Below are positions 27,804 through 36,612 of a DNA stretch of 64,000 nucleotides, piece by piece. Every line of letters starts with the position of its first letter. Positions within the stretch are counted from its first letter, which is position 1. This DNA comes from Vitreimonas sp. GTDB lineage: Bacteria > Patescibacteriota > Microgenomatia > UBA1400 > PJMF01. Below the pieces are notes generated by a model, which saw nothing but the letters and a program-made list of their open reading frames with translations, searched no databases and was not told the DNA's origin. Location: contig DASPLQ010000012.1 in NCBI GenBank assembly GCA_035627515.1, positions 778,331 through 842,330 of the forward strand, in the 5' to 3' direction. A program made the translations under genes and the position numbers.

Positions 27804-29684
27804 ATGACACCGAATCAATTACGCGACAAGTATTTACAGTACTTTGAAAAACAAGGTCATGCTATTGTGCCGTCTTCACCCCTGGTGCCTGAAAATGACC
27901 CAACTACCTTATTTACAGGCTCAGGCATGCAGCCGATGGTGCCCTATCTATTAGGTCAGCCTCATCCCAAAGGCACTCGAATTGTAGATTCACAGAAATG
28001 TTTCCGGTCGCAAGACATTGAAGAAGTGGGTGACAATCGCCACACCACATTTTTTGAAATGTTGGGTAATTGGTCGCTGGGTGATTACTTTAAAAAAGAC
28101 CAGTTGCGATGGTTTTTTACTTTTTTGACTGACGAAGTGGGCTTAGATCCGCATCGTATTTTTGTGACGGTTTTCCGTGGCAGTGAAGAATTAGATATTC
28201 CTCGTGATAGCGAATCTGTTGCTGTCTGGAAGGAGTTGTTTGCAGAGAAGGGTATCGCAGCTACCGATATCGATTTTGCTGATCGCGATGGCATGCAAGA
28301 CGGCCGTATTTTTTACTACGAAGAAAAGAAAAACTGGTGGTCTCGAGCAGGTGTGCCCGCGAATATGCCGGCTGGTGAACCAGGGGGTCCCGATAGTGAA
28401 GTTTTTTATGACTTTGGCGCTGAGTTACATCTTCACGAAAACTCAACTTTCAAAACTGAACCCTGTCATGTGAATTGTGATTGCGGCCGCTTTTTGGAAA
28501 TTGGGAACTCAGTATTCATGCAGTACCAGAAACAGCCCGATGGTAGTTTCAACGAACTGCCACAGAAGAATGTTGATTTTGGCGGCGGTTTAGAACGCAT
28601 TCTAGCTGCTCATAATCAAGATGGAGATGTTTTTAACACTGAGCTATTTAGCCCGATTATGACCCAGCTCTCACAAGTCAGTGGCCAAGAATATCGCACT
28701 GCGGATGACAAGGTCAAACGTTCTTTTCGAGTGATTGCTGACCATCTGAAAGCAGCGACGATGTTAGCAGCCGATGGCGTATACCCAGCCAACAAAGAAC
28801 AAGGTTATTTTGCTCGGCGCTTGGTACGGCGCGCAGTGCGTTATGGCAGAATGATTGGCATTACGCAACCATTTGTGAGCCAAGTTGTGCAGGTCGTAGG
28901 TGAAATATATGAGCAGGCTTATCCCGAAGTTTTTGGTCAGTTAGAAAAAATTAAAACCGGCCTCAGTGATGAAGAACAAAAATTTAATAAAACCTTGGAA
29001 AAAGGTTTGCGAGAGATCGAAAAAATTGGTGAGCTGACGGGTGAGTCTGCCTTCAAGCTCTATGAAACCTATGGTTTTCCCTTGGAGTTGACAGAGGAAA
29101 TCGCTCAGGAGCGCGGCCAAATCGTGGATCGCGAAGCTTTTCGTTTGGCGTTCAATGAACACAAAGATAAATCACGGACCGCTTCGGCTGGCAAGTTCAA
29201 AGGTGGTCTGCAAGATCACTCAGAAGTGACGATTAAGTACCATACAGCTACACATTTGCTTCATGCTGCGTTGCGGCAGGTATTGGGTACCCATGTCCAA
29301 CAAAAAGGCTCTAATATTACGGCCGAGCGGTTACGATTTGATTTTTCTCACCAGCAGGCTATGACGGAACAAGAAAAGCAGCAGGTGGAACAACTCGTAA
29401 ATAACTGGATCAAGCAAGATTTGTCAGTCACGCGCCAAACGATGCTCAAACAAGAGGCACTCAATTCAGGCGCCATTGCTTTCTTTTTAGAAAAGTATCC
29501 CGATGAAGTTTCGGTCTATACAGTTGGCCAGGATCCTACTGGTAAACAAGGTGAGGGCTGGATTTCTAAAGAGTTTTGTGGAGGGCCACACGTAGAGCAC
29601 ACTGGGCAAATTGGACCGATCAAGCTTACAAAAGAACAAGCTACCTCAGCTGGCGTACGGCGGGTGTATATGGAGTTGGCATAA
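27804..29684 (+). CDS. alaS: alanyl-tRNA synthetase, short form lacking the C-terminal C-Ala domain (626 aa)
   Basis: Class II catalytic core (FTGSGMQP, GDNRHTTFFEMLGNWSLGDYFK). Editing-domain zinc motifs HTATHLLHAALRQ and CGGPHV are present. The protein ends ~250 aa short of canonical bacterial AlaRS. Confidence 0.85.
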   Translation: MTPNQLRDKYLQYFEKQGHAIVPSSPLVPENDPTTLFTGSGMQPMVPYLLGQPHPKGTRIVDSQKCFRSQDIEEVGDNRHTTFFEMLGNWSLGDYFKKDQLRWFFTFLTDEVGLDPHRIFVTVFRGSEELDIPRDSESVAVWKELFAEKGIAATDIDFADRDGMQDGRIFYYEEKKNWWSRAGVPANMPAGEPGGPDSEVFYDFGAELHLHENSTFKTEPCHVNCDCGRFLEIGNSVFMQYQKQPDGSFNELPQKNVDFGGGLERILAAHNQDGDVFNTELFSPIMTQLSQVSGQEYRTADDKVKRSFRVIADHLKAATMLAADGVYPANKEQGYFARRLVRRAVRYGRMIGITQPFVSQVVQVVGEIYEQAYPEVFGQLEKIKTGLSDEEQKFNKTLEKGLREIEKIGELTGESAFKLYETYGFPLELTEEIAQERGQIVDREAFRLAFNEHKDKSRTASAGKFKGGLQDHSEVTIKYHTATHLLHAALRQVLGTHVQQKGSNITAERLRFDFSHQQAMTEQEKQQVEQLVNNWIKQDLSVTRQTMLKQEALNSGAIAFFLEKYPDEVSVYTVGQDPTGKQGEGWISKEFCGGPHVEHTGQIGPIKLTKEQATSAGVRRVYMELA

Positions 29685-29723
29685 CTTTTGCTTGCTTTGT
29701 ACTAAAAAATTCTGCATACTAAC
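29685..29723 (+). promoter_or_regulatory. conserved promoter cassette copy 3 (TGcATACT extended -10), about 40 nt upstream of the 29765 gene
   Basis: ACTTTTgCTTGCTTTgTActAAAAAATTCTGcATACTAA begins right after the alaS stop, exactly as copy 1 begins after its upstream stop. Confidence 0.4.
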
Positions 29724-29764
29724 TTCAACACAGTTACTGTTGTGATGACTGTGGTGAAAGTTGT

Positions 29765-31603
29765 ATGTTTGCTCAAGGTGGTATCCCCGAAGAACATAAA
29801 GAAAAAAGTGAGTTACTCAAACTACCTGCTAGTGGGCATCGGTTGGATAACTTACCACAGCTGTTAAAAGAGCAAAAGTCTGCTGCGGAGTTGGCACAAA
29901 AGACTCATGAGGTAGTTGATGGATTAATTAATCCATCTTTAACTGCGCTTGCAACAGAAGCCTCTAAGAATGTTGAGGGTAATCCTGCTAACGCTTCGAA
30001 AAATCCGGTGGCAACAGAGATAAACGCGCTCTTACAGAAAGATTCTCCTTTACAGCTGCTAAAGGAGACAGCCGATCTCCAATTAGAACAAACGAACTCT
30101 ACATTAACCACCTTAGCTAATGATGCGATGACAGCACTGGGTTTTTTCCAGAATCGTGGTTTTTATGACAAATTTTCATCTCAGTATGATGTGGGAGGGA
30201 TCTTAGATGATCTTAAGACACCCGGAAAGACTCGAGTAGATTGGCTCAAAGACAATGCCGAGAAAATCGCCCATGCTTTAAAAGATGCGTGCGCTAAACA
30301 TTTTGAAATAGCTGACGGTGTTTTAGATCTCTATGCTCTTATTTTCCCGGGAAATCAAAAAATTATAAGATTACAGAGAATGCATCCTAACGGGAATGCT
30401 CCTGGTGAATTATGGTCAAGCGAAGACCTGCAAAGATTTGATAGAGACATGAAGGCAACTCAGCAAGATTTGAAGCCCAAGCTAGAAGAAATGGTAAGAA
30501 CCTGGCAGAAATTGGGTCACAATCCTTCACAAATTATGAACTTTTTAAATGGAGACTACAATCAAATGAGATTTGATGTGGAGTCAGTAAAAGGGCAACT
30601 GACAACTTTAATGCGAGACGTTGAGGCTCAACGACAGGCAGCTGAGGCGACTACGGCTGTTGGTCTACTGAGGTTCCTTGAGCAAGGGAATGATGCCGTA
30701 ATCAGTGTGGCAGCAGAGTCAGGTCTACAAAAAATACTCAAGCCTGACCAATATCAGAACTTAATTGATATTTTAAGTAACAACGCTCAAGCTAATGGTG
30801 GTGATAAAGTTTCACTCCTGCAGCTAGCCGCCTTTGAAGCTCATGGGGTTTCAACACAACAACTTATTAAAGATATTTTTCGAAGAAATCCGGCTCTAAT
30901 TATCAAACTTTCAGAGCAACTACAAGATTGGAGTCAAGTTGATGGTAGAAATCTCAGATTTGCCCAGCAGGTGAGTGAAAAATACTTGACTGGACTTAAA
31001 GCCAGAGCTGATAAAACTAAATCGCCAAGTGAAGCGTTGAGCTCTCTCAAGCAATATCTGACAGAAATGAGTCAGCCGGCGATCAAAGTCAAGGAAACAA
31101 GGGAGCAGGTGGAAAAGTCTATTGAGCGCTTTGATAACGATAAATTGCAAAACAGAGATGCCGCTGATACCTATGACGATTTGGCTAAGCTGGCATGTAA
31201 GTTATTGGGTATGGGTGAGCAAGAGACTTTACTTAATATGAACCCGCTTCTCGAAGCTTTTACGAGTAGAAATTTGCGCAGAGCGCTTTTAGCCCACTTG
31301 CCAGAAGGGTCCTCGGCCAGAGCTGAATATGCAAATTTCACCATCCTGTTGCCAATTGATGGGAACAGAAAGATGGAAATCAGTATTACAAGTGCTCTGA
31401 ATATCGCTTATATGAGCTTGAAAGCCCACCATCCAGATGGAGTGGGTACAGTGGGAGTGATGCTGGGTTATCAATTTAATGATAAAGGCGACAGGCCAAA
31501 AGTAACGCGAACCGCCTCAAGCCCAGTCTTTGGTTTGCAGGATGTGACTAAGAATCTTTTAATGATTAATGACAATGTCAAAAAAGTAGAAATTCCTAAG
31601 TAA
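29765..31603 (+). CDS. large hypothetical soluble protein (612 aa)
   Basis: No TM and no known motifs. Helical, Gln/Leu-rich N-terminal region. Confidence 0.5.
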   Translation: MFAQGGIPEEHKEKSELLKLPASGHRLDNLPQLLKEQKSAAELAQKTHEVVDGLINPSLTALATEASKNVEGNPANASKNPVATEINALLQKDSPLQLLKETADLQLEQTNSTLTTLANDAMTALGFFQNRGFYDKFSSQYDVGGILDDLKTPGKTRVDWLKDNAEKIAHALKDACAKHFEIADGVLDLYALIFPGNQKIIRLQRMHPNGNAPGELWSSEDLQRFDRDMKATQQDLKPKLEEMVRTWQKLGHNPSQIMNFLNGDYNQMRFDVESVKGQLTTLMRDVEAQRQAAEATTAVGLLRFLEQGNDAVISVAAESGLQKILKPDQYQNLIDILSNNAQANGGDKVSLLQLAAFEAHGVSTQQLIKDIFRRNPALIIKLSEQLQDWSQVDGRNLRFAQQVSEKYLTGLKARADKTKSPSEALSSLKQYLTEMSQPAIKVKETREQVEKSIERFDNDKLQNRDAADTYDDLAKLACKLLGMGEQETLLNMNPLLEAFTSRNLRRALLAHLPEGSSARAEYANFTILLPIDGNRKMEISITSALNIAYMSLKAHHPDGVGTVGVMLGYQFNDKGDRPKVTRTASSPVFGLQDVTKNLLMINDNVKKVEIPK

Positions 31604-31690
31604 GATCGTTGTTTTCACTCTCTCCCTTCCCATTACACTCGATCTTTGCTTTAATTAAGCTGAAGCCTTTTTAGCAAGGCTGTCTTTGCT

Positions 31691-33997
31691 ATGGAGTTAC
31701 CAAACCTGTTTTCGTCACCGGCTGGGCCTGATAAATTGTTGTTGGCAGTTGTGCTGACTGGGAGCACTGTTCAAGCAGCGTTGTGGAAGGTGAAAGATGG
31801 TGAGATCGTAGTGGTCCATACCTCAAGTGTTCTGGAATACACCGATGATGAGAACTGCTTAGTGGTGACTGATGAGAGCTTGCAAGAGTTGGGCAAAGAA
31901 TCTGAAGATGTTGAGGAGGTGGTGTTTGGCTTTGCACCGAGTTGGGTTGATGCTCAAGGTATTGTTGATGTTCATAAACCATTGTTGAAGAAATTAACTA
32001 AACAGCTCAGCCTCAAAGCGGTGGGTTTTGTGGTAATTGATGAAGCTTTATTTCAAGAACTAAAAGAGCATGAGCCTTTTTTAAGTGCATTTTTGATTGT
32101 GGCGGCTCAGCAAGAACTGCGAGTGTCGGTCATTCATCAAGGTAACTTAGGTTTTACGATTGAAGTGGGCAAATCTGATGATGCCGCTGCCGATGTGATT
32201 GAGGCTTTAGCGCGCGCCACAGCCGAGGGCAAGAAGCTACCTCCAGTTTTACCGGCCAAGATGTTATTAGCTTCAGCTGAGCTGGACGAAAGTGAAGTTA
32301 CCGATATCCAACAAAGTTTAATTGCACACGATTGGGTGGCATCGCATGGGTTGTTACATCCTCCCACCGTCGATGTCTTATCCACGACAAGCGTGGTAGA
32401 AGCGATCACCCGTCAAGGTGGGCGAGCAGTTGCTGAAGTTCAAGGGCTGATTAAACGAGCAGCCAGTAGTACAACGCCCACTCCACAAGTGCCTCAGCTG
32501 GAGAGTGACGTAGTACCTGTAGCAGGTGAAGTTGTTGCCGACGAATTAGGTTTCGAGCCCATGGTGCTCGAAGCCCAACCCAATGAGCCGCAGCCTGCCA
32601 CGCCTAGTTTGCCAGAAGCCGAAGAATATGCCGTAGAGCAAGCAAATGTGGTACTCCCTAATCATGCTCAATCTAGCTTTGGTGTCCCCATTGGTTTGCA
32701 CCACTTGGAAAAGTCTAATTCTGGAACTTCTCCAGCGTTCCGCACTCATGAGGATGAAGAGTATGCATTTGAAACTGAACAACCTGCCAGTCACAGTCAA
32801 GCAAGTTCACCGCGTCAGCGACTTGGAACTTTTATTCACGCTCATCGCTTATTTATTACCTTGGGATTTATTGGGGGAGTTTTAGCATTACTTCTGATTG
32901 CCTTTGGTGCCATTGCGATGAGTACGCAAGCTCAGGTGGCAATCACACTCAATAGTAAGCCACTCTCGCAAGAAGTTCCCGTGACTTTAGATGCCAAGGC
33001 AACTGCTGTTGATGCCGCTAACCGAGTCCTACCTGCTAAAGCCGTAACTCAGGAGCTGAGTGAGACTAAGTCCCTGCCCACTACCGGGATTAAATTAGTG
33101 GGGGACAAGGCTAAAGGCACAGTCACTTTGATCAACAAAACTGAGTCATCTAAATCATTTGCTGCTGGGACAGTGCTGACTGCTGGCAAGCTCAAGTTTG
33201 TTTTAGATAAAGAAGTGACCGTGGCATCTGCCAGTGTCAGTAAGCGTGGTAGTGAAGGTGAAAACAAAACCTATGGTAAAGCTGATGGGGCAGCGACGGC
33301 TCAAGCTATCGGTACTGAGAGCAATGTTGGTCAAAATGTAGAGTTTACGGTCGGTGACTTTTCAGGGAATACGTACTCAGCGATCGCCAAGAGTGCTTTC
33401 AGCGGCGGAGCTAGCCGTGAAGCTCGTGCAGTCAGTGAAAAGGATCGTGAAAAAATTCTAGCCGATCTGAAGACTGAGCTGATTAAAAAAGCCGAAGCTG
33501 CTTTTCAAGAACAATCAGGAAATGGCAGTTATACTGTCCCCACCGGCAAAGTCTCGGTCAAAACCTCTGAGTACAGCGGTAAAGCCGGTGAGGAAGCAGA
33601 TACCCTGACGCTGAAAGCGACGATGGTAGTGGAGGGTCTAAGTTATCAAGTAGGAGATTTACAACCGCTGGCTAAAGAGATCTTAGCTACCCAACTGCCG
33701 AGTGAGTATGAGCTAAGTGATGAAGCCCCTCAGGTGTTATCTACCCCTTCGCAAACCGCCAGCAATTCCGGCAAAGTGGTGTTACAGATGAACATGAGCA
33801 CTGTTGCCTATCCTAAGATCGATGTTGCAGCTTGGCTGAATCAGCTGCAAGCTAAACAACTAACTGAAGCCGAGAGTGAGCTCAAAACTAAAGCAGAAGT
33901 AAAAAGTGTCGAGATTACTCTTCAGCCCAAGATTGCTGAATGGGTTTGGCCACGGTTACCGAGTAAAGCTGAAAGAATTAAGGTACAAACACAATGA
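31691..33997 (+). CDS. large bitopic membrane protein (768 aa), translationally coupled to the sortase gene
   Basis: About 380-aa cytoplasmic N-domain, one TM (LFITLGFIGGVLALLLIAFGAIAM), and a ~360-aa extracellular C-domain rich in Thr/Ser/Lys/Gly. ATGA overlap with the downstream sortase gene. Confidence 0.5.
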   Translation: MELPNLFSSPAGPDKLLLAVVLTGSTVQAALWKVKDGEIVVVHTSSVLEYTDDENCLVVTDESLQELGKESEDVEEVVFGFAPSWVDAQGIVDVHKPLLKKLTKQLSLKAVGFVVIDEALFQELKEHEPFLSAFLIVAAQQELRVSVIHQGNLGFTIEVGKSDDAAADVIEALARATAEGKKLPPVLPAKMLLASAELDESEVTDIQQSLIAHDWVASHGLLHPPTVDVLSTTSVVEAITRQGGRAVAEVQGLIKRAASSTTPTPQVPQLESDVVPVAGEVVADELGFEPMVLEAQPNEPQPATPSLPEAEEYAVEQANVVLPNHAQSSFGVPIGLHHLEKSNSGTSPAFRTHEDEEYAFETEQPASHSQASSPRQRLGTFIHAHRLFITLGFIGGVLALLLIAFGAIAMSTQAQVAITLNSKPLSQEVPVTLDAKATAVDAANRVLPAKAVTQELSETKSLPTTGIKLVGDKAKGTVTLINKTESSKSFAAGTVLTAGKLKFVLDKEVTVASASVSKRGSEGENKTYGKADGAATAQAIGTESNVGQNVEFTVGDFSGNTYSAIAKSAFSGGASREARAVSEKDREKILADLKTELIKKAEAAFQEQSGNGSYTVPTGKVSVKTSEYSGKAGEEADTLTLKATMVVEGLSYQVGDLQPLAKEILATQLPSEYELSDEAPQVLSTPSQTASNSGKVVLQMNMSTVAYPKIDVAAWLNQLQAKQLTEAESELKTKAEVKSVEITLQPKIAEWVWPRLPSKAERIKVQTQ

Positions 33998-34959
33998 TAG
34001 GGCAGACACCACCTATTGCCAGAGACGACATGGTCAAGCTCTACCGACAAGCTTTAGCTTCTGGTGTGCCACTGACCAAGCTAGAAGAGAAAATTGAGCG
34101 GTTAAGCCATCGTACTCAGGTGGCTCAAGCAGTGGAAAGTACCCAGGTGGCTGAGCGTGTCACTACCCTCAAAAATCGATTACCTAAAGCAATTAGAGTG
34201 GGGGCAGCACTGGTGCCGTTATTTTTCATCATGGTAGGTATGGGTTTAGTGGGGAATGCTTTATTACCATTTGCTCAGTATTACTTTGTGGAGCTGCCCC
34301 AAATCCAAGCTAGTACCCTCACCTCCCCGTTACCACCAGAACAGGTGTTAGATGCCAACCCCATTGTGATTGCTCAAGCGCAAGCGAGCACTGCTGAAGG
34401 CCCCTTACAAGGAGTGGGTATGGGGGAAAGCACCAAACCGATTATTCTCGATACTAAATTGGATTTCACTAATCTATCGAACTGGTTTGGTGAAACTGAG
34501 TTGAGCGAGTTGGAGAAGGGTGCACAGGAAGAAGAAGTGTATTATATTGATATTCCGTCAGTAGATGTCACTAATGCTGAGGTGCGGTTGGGTGGCGTCA
34601 ACTTAAATAAGAGTCTCATTCAATATCCTGGAACGGCAGCTCCAGGCGAGCCAGGGGCACCAGTTATTTTTGGTCACTCAGTATTACGGCAGTTTTACAA
34701 CCCGAGTGAAAAAAACCCTCGCCGATATAACTCGATCTTCAGTTATATTATGACGTTGAAAAAAGGTGATGAGATTTTTGTAACCTACAAAGGGGTACGT
34801 TATCGCTACCTGGTTCAAGATAGAGCTGAGGTGAAGCCCACTGATGTCCATATTTTGACTCAAAAGTATGATACTCGCCAGATCAAGCTGGTGACGTGTT
34901 ACCCTGAGGGATCGTATAAAAATCGCGGTGTGATAACTGCAGTATTAGTGCCTAATTAA
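33994..34959 (+). CDS. sortase-family transpeptidase, membrane-anchored
   Basis: Conserved His (IFGHSVL), the TLxTC-type catalytic Cys motif (IKLVTCYP), and a downstream Arg (NRGVITAVL). N-terminal TM after a ~60-aa cytoplasmic segment. Confidence 0.75.
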   Translation: MIGQTPPIARDDMVKLYRQALASGVPLTKLEEKIERLSHRTQVAQAVESTQVAERVTTLKNRLPKAIRVGAALVPLFFIMVGMGLVGNALLPFAQYYFVELPQIQASTLTSPLPPEQVLDANPIVIAQAQASTAEGPLQGVGMGESTKPIILDTKLDFTNLSNWFGETELSELEKGAQEEEVYYIDIPSVDVTNAEVRLGGVNLNKSLIQYPGTAAPGEPGAPVIFGHSVLRQFYNPSEKNPRRYNSIFSYIMTLKKGDEIFVTYKGVRYRYLVQDRAEVKPTDVHILTQKYDTRQIKLVTCYPEGSYKNRGVITAVLVPN

Positions 34960-34961
34960 GT

Positions 34962-35348
34962 ATGATTCCCAAAACACTTGCTATTGATTTTGGTTTAAGC
35001 CGAGTTGGTTTGGCTGTTTCGTATGGGACGTTGGCAGAGCCGTTGAAAATTATTCCTCATGATGATCGGTTATTTGCGACGTTAGCTCAAGTCATTGTAG
35101 CTGAAGGAGTAGAGCAAATTGTGGTAGGTATGTCTGAAAATGAGATGGCTGAAAAAACACGGGGATTTGTAGAGCAGTTAAAAACCCAGCTTTCGCTGCC
35201 CATTTTCATGACTGACGAAACGCTTAGTTCTAAAACCACCCATACTAAGCAGCTCGAAGCTCATTTAAGTTTATCCAAGCGCCAACAACCCATCGATCAC
35301 TTGGCTGCCGCTGAGTTTCTTCAAGAGTGGCTGGATGAGCATAGTTAA
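34962..35348 (+). CDS. ruvX: Holliday-junction resolvase-like protein YqgF/RuvX
   Basis: N-terminal LAIDFGLSRVGLAVS motif and an RNase H-like fold pattern. About 128 aa. Confidence 0.8.
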   Translation: MIPKTLAIDFGLSRVGLAVSYGTLAEPLKIIPHDDRLFATLAQVIVAEGVEQIVVGMSENEMAEKTRGFVEQLKTQLSLPIFMTDETLSSKTTHTKQLEAHLSLSKRQQPIDHLAAAEFLQEWLDEHS

Positions 35349-36346
35349 TGTTATACTCTGTAGCGATGTCGTTTTTATTAAAGACTTTCTTCATTGGCGC
35401 CTTATTAGCTATTCTCGTATTAGCTGGTGTAACAGGTTATGCCTACACGCAGCTGCAACCAGCCTCATCTACCCCGACTGATTCAACAACGTTTGTGATT
35501 CCCAAAGGTCAAGCCATTTCCATTATTGGTCACCGCCTGGCGGAAGAAGGCTTAATCAAAAATCCCTTAGCTTTTCGGGCGTATGTTAAGTTCAAAGGTT
35601 TGGGTGATAAGCTCCAGGCAGGGTCATTCAAGCTTAATAGTGGTATGTCTCTCGGCGAGATCGCTCAACAGTTAACGACTGGCACTGATGACCTCTGGAT
35701 TACGATTCCCGAAGGCTGGCGAGTGGAGGAAATTGCTGATAGTTTAGATCGCCAGGAGTTAGGATCGTTTGATAAAGATGAGTTCTTAGAGTTAGCTGAT
35801 GTCAGTGAGGGCAAACTTTATCCTGATACCTACTTAGTTTCTCGAGACTCTACTGCTGCTACCATTTATAACTTACTGACCAACACTTTCGAGCAAAAAG
35901 TAGTGGAAGGTTTGGCTGATGAGATTGAAGCCTCCGGTCATACGCTGGAGGAAGCAATAATTATGGCTTCTATAATTGAGCGCGAGTCCTCTGGTGAAGA
36001 GGATATGGCAGTAGTCTCAGGTATTTTATGGAATCGTTTTGAGATAGGGATGCCACTCCAGGCTGATGCAACGCTCCAGTATGTAAAGGGATATGATAAA
36101 ACTCAACAATCCTGGTGGGTACCACCTTTGGCAGTAGATAAAGAGCTCAACTCTCCCTTTAATACCTACAAAAACCCCGGTTTACCTCCCCGGCCAATTG
36201 CGAGCCCAGGCGCCGCTGCTATCAAAGCTGCTCTCGATCCTGCTCAGACAAACGACTTGTTTTATATTCATGATCGCCAGGGCCAGATTCACACAGCCCG
36301 TACTTTGGATGAGCACAATGCCAATGTGCAGAAGTATTTGAGATAA
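35348..36346 (+). CDS. mltG: endolytic murein transglycosylase MltG (YceG family)
   Basis: N-terminal TM, a LysM-like region, and conserved ITIPEGW, LYPDTY, ASIIERE and GLPPRPIASPG motifs. Confidence 0.8.
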   Translation: MLYSVAMSFLLKTFFIGALLAILVLAGVTGYAYTQLQPASSTPTDSTTFVIPKGQAISIIGHRLAEEGLIKNPLAFRAYVKFKGLGDKLQAGSFKLNSGMSLGEIAQQLTTGTDDLWITIPEGWRVEEIADSLDRQELGSFDKDEFLELADVSEGKLYPDTYLVSRDSTAATIYNLLTNTFEQKVVEGLADEIEASGHTLEEAIIMASIIERESSGEEDMAVVSGILWNRFEIGMPLQADATLQYVKGYDKTQQSWWVPPLAVDKELNSPFNTYKNPGLPPRPIASPGAAAIKAALDPAQTNDLFYIHDRQGQIHTARTLDEHNANVQKYLR

Positions 36347-36396
36347 TAAATTCCAAATCTCAAAATTCAAAGTTTGACATTTGGATTTTGGAATTT
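36347..36396 (+). repeat. A/T-rich hairpin repeat, copy X1 (related copy X2 at 57211..57271)
   Basis: AAATTCCAAATCTCAAAATTCAAAG...ATTTGGATTTTGGAATTT. The arms form a ~16-bp interrupted stem. It starts right after the mltG stop codon. Confidence 0.5.
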
Positions 36397-36409
36397 TTAT
36401 AACTCCCGC

Positions 36410-36438
36410 TTGCACTTATCTGCCAGACTTGTTATACT
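36410..36438 (+). promoter_or_regulatory. sigma70-like promoter for rpoB-rpoC
   Basis: TTGCAC -17 nt- TATACT. Predicts a ~170-nt 5' UTR before the rpoB ATG. Confidence 0.5.
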
Positions 36439-36612
36439 ACCCCCTATTCTCAAAAACGTAGCAATATAATTCCTGGAAAATTCTCTTGCTGACAGACATT
36501 GCCATATTCAGCACCAAGTAAATCAGCACAGGGCACGGTTGTGGCCTGGCTTTTTGTGTGCCTGTTAGTAAGAGAGTTTTCCACAGTGAAAATACGGATA
36601 AAAGGAGTCTTC

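Noticed and set aside
36499-36612. N-terminal 38-aa extension of rpoB in the track (TTG start at 36499)
   Set aside because: The extension is hydrophobic and non-conserved. It overlaps the predicted promoter/leader. The ATG at 36613 has a perfect AAGGAG SD and starts at the conserved RpoB N-terminus.
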